A stretch of 48,305 nt of DNA from Deltaproteobacteria bacterium (lineage in GTDB: Bacteria; Myxococcota_A; UBA9160; UBA6930): NCBI GenBank assembly GCA_031387905.1, contig JANNDT010000502.1:1-48305 (forward strand), in the 5' to 3' direction. Position 1 is the first letter of the stretch, and each line of letters starts with the position of its first letter. A model generated the notes under the pieces. It was not told the origin of the DNA, did no database searches, and worked only from the letters and a program-made list of their open reading frames with translations. The translations under genes were made by a program, and so were the position numbers. Positions 19,767 through 27,437 of the stretch are shown piece by piece.

Positions 19767-21717
19767 AGGGGAGCGCGTAGGCGAGGAGGTAGTCGCCGCG
19801 CTCGCTCGGGAGGCTGGTGTGACCGCCGGCGGCGATCACCACGAACTGCCGGCCACCCGCGCGAATGCGGTAGGTCATCGGGTTTGCGTGCGCGCCGGCG
19901 GGCAGGTGATCCCGCCAGAGTTCGGCGCCGTTCGTGGCGTCGTACGCGCGCAAGTAGCCGTCCATCGCGGCGCCGATGAACACGAGCCCGCCCTTCGTCG
20001 CGAGCGCGCCGCCCATGCTCGGCGTGCCGAGTTCGAGCCAGAACGGCCAGGGCGCTTGGCCGCGCGTCGAGCCAAACGGCACGCGCCACGCGACCCGGCG
20101 CTTGCCGAGGTCGATCGCGATCAACTCGCTCCATGGCGGCTTGGTGCAGGGCACGCCGAGTGGCGAGACGAACACGCGCTGCTCGATCGCGTACGGCGCG
20201 CCTTCCATCGGCACGAGCCACTGCTCGCGCGAACGCGGCCCCGCGCGGGCGGCCTCGGCGCGCGGCACGAGCCGCTCGATCATCGCGAGCCGCGCCTGCG
20301 TCACGAATAACAAGCCGCGCTCTGGGTCGAGCGCGGCGCCGCCCCAGTTCACGCCGCCCGCGACGCCGGGGTATTGCACGGAACCCGCGAGGCTCGGCGG
20401 CGTGAAGGCGCCCTCGTTGCGCAGCGTGGCGAGCTGCTCGGCGCACGCGCCGCGGTCCCACGGTGTGAAGCCGAATAGGTCCGCCGCGCGCAGGCCGTGT
20501 GGATGTAGCGGCGGCGGGAAGCTCGGGATCGGCTGCGTCGGAGCCGCGAGCTCGCCCGGCGCGTCGCTGGGCGGAGCGGCGCGCTCCTCGACCGGGAACA
20601 GCGGTACGCCTGTTTCGCGGTTGAGCAGAAAGATGTGCCCGACCTTGGTGGAGACGGCGAGGACGGGGACGCGCGCGCCGGCCAGCTCGAGCTCGAACAA
20701 CGTCGGCTGCGCGCCGACGTCGTAGTCCCACAGATCGTGGTGCACGGTCTGAAAGCGCCAGACCACTTCGCCCGTCGCGCCGCGCAGCGCGACGACCGAG
20801 CTGCCGTAATAATCGATCTCACCGCGCTCGGTGCCGCGATAGAAGTCGTTGCTCGGGTTCCCGGTCGGAACGAACAGCAGGTCGCGCGTGGGATCGGCGG
20901 AGAAGACTCCCCAGGCGTTCGGGGTGCCCCGATGGAATTGCGGCGAGCCGTCGGCCGCAGGCGGCAGCGGCGGCGTGCCGGGCGGCACCGGATCGAAGGC
21001 CCAACGCAGTGCGCCGGTGCGCGCGTCGAAGCCGCGCACCACGCCGCCGGGCATGTCGATTCGGCGGTTGTCGGAGATCAGCGCGCCCGTGGCGACGACG
21101 TCACCGATCACGGTGGGTGGCGAGGTGACGCGCACATCGCCCGGCTCCACGGTCCCGAGGCCGCGCTCGAGGTCGACCTCACCGTTCGCGCCGAAGTCTG
21201 CGCAGGGCCTGCCGTTTTCCGCGTCGACGGCCAGCAGGCGCGCGTCGTTGGTGGCGCTGAACACGCGCGCGGCGCACGCACCGCCCACTGGCGCGAGCGG
21301 GTCTTCCCAAAGCGCCACGCCGCGGCAGACGAGCCCGTGCTCCGTCTTCTCGATCTTCGGGTCGAACACCCAGCGCTCCGCGCCGGATTCCGCGTCGAGA
21401 GCGAACACGCGGTTGAACGGTGAGCAGAAGTAAAGCGTGTCGCCGCGCAGCACGGGCGTCGCTTGAAAGGCCGTGCGAACGGCGCCGCTCGGGTCCCAGT
21501 CGCCGGTGCGAAACGTCCAGGCGACCCCGAGTTCGCCGACGTTCGCGGGCGTGAGTTCGTCGAGCGGCGAGAAGCGCGTGCCCGCGGCGTCGCCGCCCCA
21601 ATGACTCCAGCCCGCGGCCGGCGCTCCGGGTGCGCGCGCTGGCGCCGAGTCGCCGCAGCCCAGCGCCAGCGCGGCGAGCGCCAGCATCCCCCAACAACTC
21701 GCACGCGCGGCGCTCAC
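19765..21717 (-). CDS. PQQ-dependent dehydrogenase (glucose/quinate/shikimate family), putative lipoprotein
   Basis: RFSPLDELTPANV, CRGVALW, QTVHHDLWDYD, ANPMTY..GRQFVVIAAGGH; LALGC lipobox; GTGA overlap start. Confidence 0.92.
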   Translation of the reverse strand: MSAARASCWGMLALAALALGCGDSAPARAPGAPAAGWSHWGGDAAGTRFSPLDELTPANVGELGVAWTFRTGDWDPSGAVRTAFQATPVLRGDTLYFCSPFNRVFALDAESGAERWVFDPKIEKTEHGLVCRGVALWEDPLAPVGGACAARVFSATNDARLLAVDAENGRPCADFGANGEVDLERGLGTVEPGDVRVTSPPTVIGDVVATGALISDNRRIDMPGGVVRGFDARTGALRWAFDPVPPGTPPLPPAADGSPQFHRGTPNAWGVFSADPTRDLLFVPTGNPSNDFYRGTERGEIDYYGSSVVALRGATGEVVWRFQTVHHDLWDYDVGAQPTLFELELAGARVPVLAVSTKVGHIFLLNRETGVPLFPVEERAAPPSDAPGELAAPTQPIPSFPPPLHPHGLRAADLFGFTPWDRGACAEQLATLRNEGAFTPPSLAGSVQYPGVAGGVNWGGAALDPERGLLFVTQARLAMIERLVPRAEAARAGPRSREQWLVPMEGAPYAIEQRVFVSPLGVPCTKPPWSELIAIDLGKRRVAWRVPFGSTRGQAPWPFWLELGTPSMGGALATKGGLVFIGAAMDGYLRAYDATNGAELWRDHLPAGAHANPMTYRIRAGGRQFVVIAAGGHTSLPSERGDYLLAYALP

Positions 21718-23522
21718 TTCGCGGCGAGGCCCGCAGCGCGCGCGTTCGGATCCGGGTCGAGGCGCAGCACGATCGGCTGGCCGCGCTCGATCTGCCACGC
21801 GGGCGAGTTCGAGTCGCTCGTCCAGACGCGGCCCTCGGCGTCGAAGTCGAGCTCGCGCGTGTACGTCACGCGGGTCGGCAGCGGGTACACCGTAAAGCGT
21901 CGCGCCTCGGGCTCGTAGCGCATCAACGTGTCGCTGTTCGTTCCGCACACCCAGACCTGTTGGGTGCGCGGCTCCACCGCGAGCGCGTAAGGCGTTTCGC
22001 CCGCGAGCGGCACGATCGGCAGCGCGATGTCGTCGATGAACGCGCGCGTCTTCACGTCGAACAGCGCGATGTGGCCGGTCGTGAAGCTCGGGATCCAGAG
22101 CCTGCCGCGCGCGTCGAAGCGCAGCCGGCGCGGCGCGGGGAAGGGCGTATCGATTAGGTCGACCGCGAACGTCTCCGGATCGATGCGCCCAATGCGGTTC
22201 TCGTTCAGCTGGCTGAACCAGACGCCGCCGTCCGGCGCGATGTCGATGCCGTAGGGCACCGGCATGTTGAAGCCGTCGCTCGATTCGGCGGCGCCCCCGC
22301 GCAGGTCGAAATAATCATCGAGCCAGAAGAACACCGGCATGAAGCGCAGTGCGAACTCCTGCGCCCAAGTGCGCGCAGGCAGGCGAATGTGCGTTTGCTT
22401 ACCGGTCGCGGGATCGAAGCGGCCCACGTGGTTCGAGGCCGACATCGTGTACCAGAGCACGCCCTTGCGATCGAAGCGCAGCGTGTGCGGATAGAAGCCG
22501 GCGGCAACCTCGTGGATTTGGAACGTCTCGGTTGTTGGGTCGAAGCGGGCGAGGCGGTTGCCGATCGCGAGTGTGATCCAAACTGCGCCGTCCGGCGCGA
22601 CTTGCAGCGAGTGCGGCCCGACGTGCGCGCTCGACGCCTGAGACTGCGGCCGGTCCTCGCCCGCGAAGATGCCGCCCGCGGGCACGCCCGGAACTTCGAT
22701 CTGCCAGGATTTGCGCGCGCCGCCCGGCACGCGCGGATCGAGGCGGAAGAGCGCGTCCTGCGCGCCGTCCACCGAGTAGAGCCTGCCGTCGGGGTGCACG
22801 ACCACGTCGTGCTGCATCGAAGCGCGCCCGCCGAGATCCCACTCCTCGATGATGGCGCGCCTCACTTCGGCGCTCGGCGGCGGCGCGAATGCCTCTGCGT
22901 TCTCCCAGCCGGCCGTCAGTCTCGGCACCGCGGCTCGCGGGTCGTATGCGCGATTGAAGAGCTCTGGCAGCCGCGCGCGCAGCGCCATCGGCAACATCGC
23001 TCCGCGGCGACCCATTAAGGCGAGGATCTTCTCCCAGTCTTCTGCCGTGCGAACGCGCCGCGTCCAGGGCGCGCCTTGCTGGTGGCAGTAGGTGCACTCG
23101 CGCTTGAGCATGTGCGCATCCGCGGGTGCGAGGCCGTCCATGACGAGCGCATACCAATGATTCGCCGGCAGCTGCGCAGCGACTTCCGCGGGATCCGTGT
23201 GGCGGCGCGCGCGCAGCTCGAGCGGCGTCGAGGCATCGACGCCGTCGACGCGCACATCTCCCCAGCCGATGCGCCGCGCGCGTACGATCCAAACGCCAGC
23301 GCCGGCACTTAGTGGCAGCCGGAAGCTGCCATCGTCCGCGCTGAACGCCGTCACGCGATAGGCAGGCTCGCCGCGCTCGGCCGTAATACGTGCGCCCACG
23401 AGCGGCGCGCCGCTCGCGGCATCGAGAACGCGGCCCGCGAGCGTGCCCTCCGCACGCGCAGCGAGCGGCATGGCGATGCAGAGCGCGAACAGCGCGGCGA
23501 ATGAGCGTCTCACGCCGCGCAT
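21714..23522 (-). CDS. Secreted carboxypeptidase-regulatory-like + c-type heme (CTYCH) + Vgb-like beta-propeller protein
   Basis: Signal peptide, GRVLDAASGAPLVGA, CTYCHQ, repeated PH/PY.L...DG.VW propeller blades. Confidence 0.78.
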   Translation of the reverse strand: MRGVRRSFAALFALCIAMPLAARAEGTLAGRVLDAASGAPLVGARITAERGEPAYRVTAFSADDGSFRLPLSAGAGVWIVRARRIGWGDVRVDGVDASTPLELRARRHTDPAEVAAQLPANHWYALVMDGLAPADAHMLKRECTYCHQQGAPWTRRVRTAEDWEKILALMGRRGAMLPMALRARLPELFNRAYDPRAAVPRLTAGWENAEAFAPPPSAEVRRAIIEEWDLGGRASMQHDVVVHPDGRLYSVDGAQDALFRLDPRVPGGARKSWQIEVPGVPAGGIFAGEDRPQSQASSAHVGPHSLQVAPDGAVWITLAIGNRLARFDPTTETFQIHEVAAGFYPHTLRFDRKGVLWYTMSASNHVGRFDPATGKQTHIRLPARTWAQEFALRFMPVFFWLDDYFDLRGGAAESSDGFNMPVPYGIDIAPDGGVWFSQLNENRIGRIDPETFAVDLIDTPFPAPRRLRFDARGRLWIPSFTTGHIALFDVKTRAFIDDIALPIVPLAGETPYALAVEPRTQQVWVCGTNSDTLMRYEPEARRFTVYPLPTRVTYTRELDFDAEGRVWTSDSNSPAWQIERGQPIVLRLDPDPNARAAGLAAK

Positions 23523-23605
23523 GCTACCGCCGTGCGCGCACGACCCGAGGACTGATTGCACCGCGAACGATACGCTGCGGCGCTGCCTGAGGAGTCTTCA
23601 GCCGA

Positions 23606-24913
23606 GTGAGTGACGCCGCGCCGCCGATCCCAGACGACGAGCGCGTCCAAGCGCCTCGCTGGGCGCGCTTCGTGCCGCGCGCCGCACGCATGCCGAAGCT
23701 GCCCGCGAAGCACTGGAAGCTGCTCGGGCTGCTCGGCGCCGCGGAGTTCGTCGACCATTACGACGTCGGCTTGCTCTCGAACTTGCTCATCTACATCCAA
23801 GCCGGCCTCGGCGTCGCAGAAGGCGAGATCGGATTTTTCTCGGCGGCGATTCGCGCCGGAGTGTTTCTCTCATTCGTTGCCGGTTTTCTTGCGGATCGCT
23901 TCGGACGCAGGCGGCTCTTGCTCGCGACCGTGATCGGCTACACGACCGCCACCTTCCTGACTGCCTTCGCGCGCACACCGATCGAGTTCGCGATTCTGCA
24001 ATGCCTCGGGCGCGGCTTCCTCTACGCCGAGACCGCGATCGCGATCGTGGTGATTACGGAAGAGCTCGCCGCGAAAGACCGCGGCTTCGGTCTCGGCCTG
24101 CTCGGAGCGCTTGGCGCCTGCGGCCACGGCGTATCCGCGCTCGCGCTGCCACTCGTCGCACACGCGCCGTTCGGCTGGCGCGCGTTCTACGCGCTCGGCG
24201 CGCTGCCCTTGCTCTGGCTTGCCGTGCTGCGGCGCAGCCTGCCGGAAACCTCTCGCTTCAGCTCGGCAAACGTCGTGCGCACGCCGTGGTGGCATCCCGC
24301 GCACGCGCTCTTCACCGCGTATCCGCGGCGTCTCATCTCTTTGTTGGCGGTGGTATTCGCGATCGACTTCGCCGCGAGCGCCGCGGGCGGCTTCATGGTG
24401 AAGACGCTGCTCGAGGAGCACGCTTATCGGCCAGGGCAAGTGACGCTGCTTTACTTCGTCGGCGGCGCGATCGCGGTCGTCGGGAATCAGCTCAGCGGGC
24501 AGCTGAGCGACCGCGTCGGGCGCCGGCCGATCCTCGTCGCGCTGCTCGGCTTGATGGGACTCGCCTTCGCAGGCTTCTACGGCCTCAGCGGTTTCATCAT
24601 CGCGCCGCTCTGGGTCGTGCAAGTTTTCGCGATTCAAGGGGTCTCGGTGCTCGTGCGTGCGCTGGGCAGCGAGCTGTTCCCGACGTCCTATCGAAGCACG
24701 GCGTCTTCGCTGCGCATGGTGTTCGCGACGCTCGGCGGCTCGGCGGGCCTCGTGCTCGAATCCGTGATGTATCGCGAGCTCGGTTCGCACGGCGCTGCGA
24801 TCACGGCGCTGTTGCCTGCGCTGCTCGTCGCGCTCGCGCTGGTTTGGTTCGCGTTGCCAGAATCCGCCGCACGCGAACTCGAAGAGGTTTCGCCCGAGCG
24901 CGCGAGTTCGTAG
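23606..24913 (+). CDS. MFS transporter
   Basis: GFLADRFGRR and SDRVGRR motif A, ELFPTSYR, about 12 TM segments. Confidence 0.92.
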   Translation: MSDAAPPIPDDERVQAPRWARFVPRAARMPKLPAKHWKLLGLLGAAEFVDHYDVGLLSNLLIYIQAGLGVAEGEIGFFSAAIRAGVFLSFVAGFLADRFGRRRLLLATVIGYTTATFLTAFARTPIEFAILQCLGRGFLYAETAIAIVVITEELAAKDRGFGLGLLGALGACGHGVSALALPLVAHAPFGWRAFYALGALPLLWLAVLRRSLPETSRFSSANVVRTPWWHPAHALFTAYPRRLISLLAVVFAIDFAASAAGGFMVKTLLEEHAYRPGQVTLLYFVGGAIAVVGNQLSGQLSDRVGRRPILVALLGLMGLAFAGFYGLSGFIIAPLWVVQVFAIQGVSVLVRALGSELFPTSYRSTASSLRMVFATLGGSAGLVLESVMYRELGSHGAAITALLPALLVALALVWFALPESAARELEEVSPERASS

Positions 24914-24939
24914 AGTGCGCGCCGTTTCGGGGGAGCCGC

Positions 24940-25611
24940 GTGACTGAGAGCGTGCGCGCGAGAGAAGAGGACCGCTTCGCCGGCGCGCGCCGCCGGCTCA
25001 GCGAACGCCTCGCGAAGGACGGCATTCGCGACGCGCGCGTGCTCGCGGCCATCGCGAGCGTCCCGCGCCACGCGCTGGTTGCCGACGCGCTGAGTCATCA
25101 GGCTTACGAAGACGCCCCGCTGCCGATCGGCGAGGGCCAGACGATCTCGGCGCCGGGCATCGTGGCCGCGATGAGCGAAGCGCTCGAACTCACGGGTTCC
25201 GAGCGCGTGCTCGAAATCGGGACGGGCTCGGCTTATCAGGCCGCCGTGCTTTCGCGGCTCGCCGAGCGCGTGATCTCGATCGAACGCATTCCCGCACTCG
25301 CCTCGCGCGCACGCAGCGCGCTCGACCGGCTAGGCGTCACCAACGTGGTCGTCTACCTCGGCGACGGCACGCGCGGCTGGCCAAGCGAAGCCCCCTTCGA
25401 CGCGATCGTCGTGACCGCGGGCGGGCCCGACGTGCCCGCGCCGCTGCTCGAGCAGTTAGCGCCCGGCGGGCGGCTGGTCGGCCCATTCGGCAAGCGCGGC
25501 GCCCAACGGCTTCTGCGTGTGCGCAGAACTGCGGACGGGCAGTTCTTGCGCGAGACGCTCGGGCAGTGCCGCTTCGTGGACCTGATCGGCGAGCACGGAT
25601 ACTCGGCGTGA
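24940..25611 (+). CDS. pcm: Protein-L-isoaspartate O-methyltransferase
   Basis: VPRH, AYED.PLPIGEGQTIS.P, VLEIGTGSAYQAA, APFDAIVVTA, QLAPGGRLV; GGGAG RBS before GTG 24940. Confidence 0.95.
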   Translation: MTESVRAREEDRFAGARRRLSERLAKDGIRDARVLAAIASVPRHALVADALSHQAYEDAPLPIGEGQTISAPGIVAAMSEALELTGSERVLEIGTGSAYQAAVLSRLAERVISIERIPALASRARSALDRLGVTNVVVYLGDGTRGWPSEAPFDAIVVTAGGPDVPAPLLEQLAPGGRLVGPFGKRGAQRLLRVRRTADGQFLRETLGQCRFVDLIGEHGYSA

Positions 25612-26270
25612 CGGGCGCGTGTCGCCCACGCGCCGCACGCCTCGTCGCTCTCGCCGCCGCGCTGCTGATCGCGTGCGCCACCCAGAGCCGCGAGAGCACC
25701 ACGCACGTCGTGCAGCGCGGCGAGAACCTCTATCGCATCGCGCTGCACTACGGCGTGAGCGTCGATGCACTGATGGACGCGAACGGCATCCGCGACCCGC
25801 GCGCGCTCGAAGTGGGCGCGCGGCTCCTAATCCCTGGCTCGCGGCGCAGCGCGCCCACGCTGCCGCTCGAGCGTGAACTCGACGCCGATGCGGCGCGGCT
25901 CGCGCTCGGTTGGCCCGTGCACGGAGTGCTCACCTCGCGCTTCGGTGCGCGCGACGGCCGCCCGCACGAGGGCATCGACATCAGCGCCCACGTCGGCGCG
26001 CCGATTTGGGCGGCGGCCCCCGGAGTGGTGGCGTTCTCGGGCCGCCTCGGCGATTACGGCAACCTGATCGTGATTGCGCACGACGAGCGCTATTCGACCG
26101 CCTACGCGCATAACAAGACGAACTACGTTCGGAAGGGCGAACGCGTCGAACGCGGCGAGCACATCGCGGACGTGGGCAAGAGCGGTAATGCGCGCGGCAA
26201 TCACCCGCACCTGCACTTCGAGGTGCGCCGCGGCGAGACGCCGCGCGACCCGCTGCGCTACCTGCCGTAA
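25608..26270 (+). CDS. LysM + M23 peptidase lipoprotein (NlpD-like)
   Basis: LLIAC lipobox, LysM HVVQRGENLYRIA, HEGID and PHLHFEVR M23 motifs; follows pcm. Confidence 0.9.
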   Translation: MTGACRPRAARLVALAAALLIACATQSRESTTHVVQRGENLYRIALHYGVSVDALMDANGIRDPRALEVGARLLIPGSRRSAPTLPLERELDADAARLALGWPVHGVLTSRFGARDGRPHEGIDISAHVGAPIWAAAPGVVAFSGRLGDYGNLIVIAHDERYSTAYAHNKTNYVRKGERVERGEHIADVGKSGNARGNHPHLHFEVRRGETPRDPLRYLP

Positions 26271-26286
26271 TCGAAGCGAGGGCGCC

Positions 26287-26805
26287 GTGACTGCCGACGA
26301 GTTGAAAAGCCTGGTGCGCGACATCCCCGATTTCCCGAAGCGGGGCATCTTGTTTCGCGACGTCACGCCGCTCTTGCTGAACCCGAGCGCACTGCGCGCG
26401 GCAGTCGACGCGATCGCAGCGCCGTTCCGCGGCGCCGGCATCGAGCGCGTGCTCGGCATCGAGTCGCGCGGCTTCATCTTCGGCGCGCCCGTCGCGCTCG
26501 CACTCGGCGCGGGCTTCGCGCTCGTGCGCAAAGCGGGCAAGCTGCCGTTCGAAACTTTCGCCGCGAGCTATGCGCTCGAGTACGGCGAGGACCGCGTCGA
26601 GATGCACGTCGACGCCGTCGCGCGCGGCCAACGCGTGCTCGTGGTGGACGACCTGATCGCGACCGGCGGCACCGCCGCCGCCGCCGTGAGGCTCGCACGC
26701 ATGGCGGGCGGCGAAGTGGCGGGCGTGAGCTGCCTGATCGAACTCAGCGCGCTCGCCGGGGCGCATGCGCTCGACGTGCCGTGCCACGCGGTGCTGCGGT
26801 ACTGA
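26287..26805 (+). CDS. apt: Adenine phosphoribosyltransferase
   Basis: IPDFPKRGILFRDVTPLL, IESRGF, RKAGKLP, YALEYG, VDDLIATGGT. Confidence 0.96.
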   Translation: MTADELKSLVRDIPDFPKRGILFRDVTPLLLNPSALRAAVDAIAAPFRGAGIERVLGIESRGFIFGAPVALALGAGFALVRKAGKLPFETFAASYALEYGEDRVEMHVDAVARGQRVLVVDDLIATGGTAAAAVRLARMAGGEVAGVSCLIELSALAGAHALDVPCHAVLRY

Positions 26806-26841
26806 GCCGCGCGCGCATTCCTGTTGGCTTCGCCCGCTCGC

Positions 26842-26880
26842 GCGCCCGTAGCTCAGGCGGATAGAGCAGCGGTTACCTAA
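26842..26880 (+). tRNA. 5' half of a tRNA-Arg(CCT)-like gene, interrupted right after the anticodon loop (probably non-functional as encoded)
   Basis: GCGCCCG-TA-GCTC-AGGCGGATA-GAGC-A-GCGGT-TACCTAA; canonical D arm; A rather than T at position 33; no cognate 3' half seen. Confidence 0.8.
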
Positions 26881-27213
26881 TGAGATCGGGCGAGTCGGGC
26901 TTTAGCCTGCGATCTCGCGAACTTGTGAAGTGACGCGGCGTTAGGCTCCCACCAGCGTGGGCGCGGATGGTGCGCGATGGCGGGCTTCGGACAGATAGGG
27001 ATGTTGCGGGACGGGCACTTACCGATGCCTGTCTCGCGGTGACCGCGGCGCACGCTGTGCGTCAAAACGCTGCGGGTGGTGTGATTCCGTGGGCGGCGTA
27101 AAGCCAGAACGCCGAGCCCGCCAACGGATGTCGTGACAACTTCAGGTCCTCTCGACCGATGCCGCACGCGCTAGGGCAGAAGATGCGCCGATTGGCCGGC
27201 GAGGATCTCATAA
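26881..27213 (+). ncRNA. Putative large structured RNA inserted in the tRNA anticodon loop
   Basis: No credible ORF; terminal pairing ATGAGATC/GATCTCAT plus GGCGAGTCGG/CCGATTGGCC; internal hairpins at 27008-27035, 27049-27061, 27086-27128; flanked by TAA on both sides. Confidence 0.65.
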
Positions 27214-27247
27214 TCCCTCGGTCCCCGGTTCGATTCCGGGTGCCGTC
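27207..27247 (+). tRNA. tRNA 3'-half fragment of CAT-anticodon (Ile2/Met-like) type
   Basis: CTCATAA loop, TCCCT, variable CGGTC, perfect T arm CCCGG-TTCGATT-CCGGG; no CCA. Confidence 0.7.
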
Positions 27248-27437
27248 GCTCAATTTCCCCATCCCGTAGCCGACTGGCCCGACGGCCCGCGCCGCCGTCT
27301 ACGCGGTCTGCACTGGTGGCACTTGGCCCCCAGGCTGAGCCGCCGGACCGCGTCGAGTTGGTGCTGTGGGTTGAGATGCGCCGACCACCATCCGGGAATT
27401 ATTACTCCCGGCAGCGAGTTTGGTTGAGCAGGCGAAA

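Noticed and set aside
24001-24939. N-terminal extension of pcm (536-aa ORF)
   Set aside because: Out-of-frame overlap with the MFS gene; RBS and homology start at 24940
26881-27213. Classical group I intron in tRNA-Arg(CCU)
   Set aside because: GTCAAA and AACGCCGAGCC resemble P/Q elements, but I see no R/S (P7) elements or terminal G at the junction, and the flanking halves do not form a tRNA
27092-27248. Single CAT tRNA with a giant D arm (GGCGGCG pairing with TGCCGTC)
   Set aside because: GGCGGCG is already inside the strong 27086-27128 hairpin and no D arm follows; not excluded as an alternative fold
26842-27250. tmRNA or selC
   Set aside because: No GGGG 5' end, tag ORF or G3-U70 acceptor; no UCA anticodon arm
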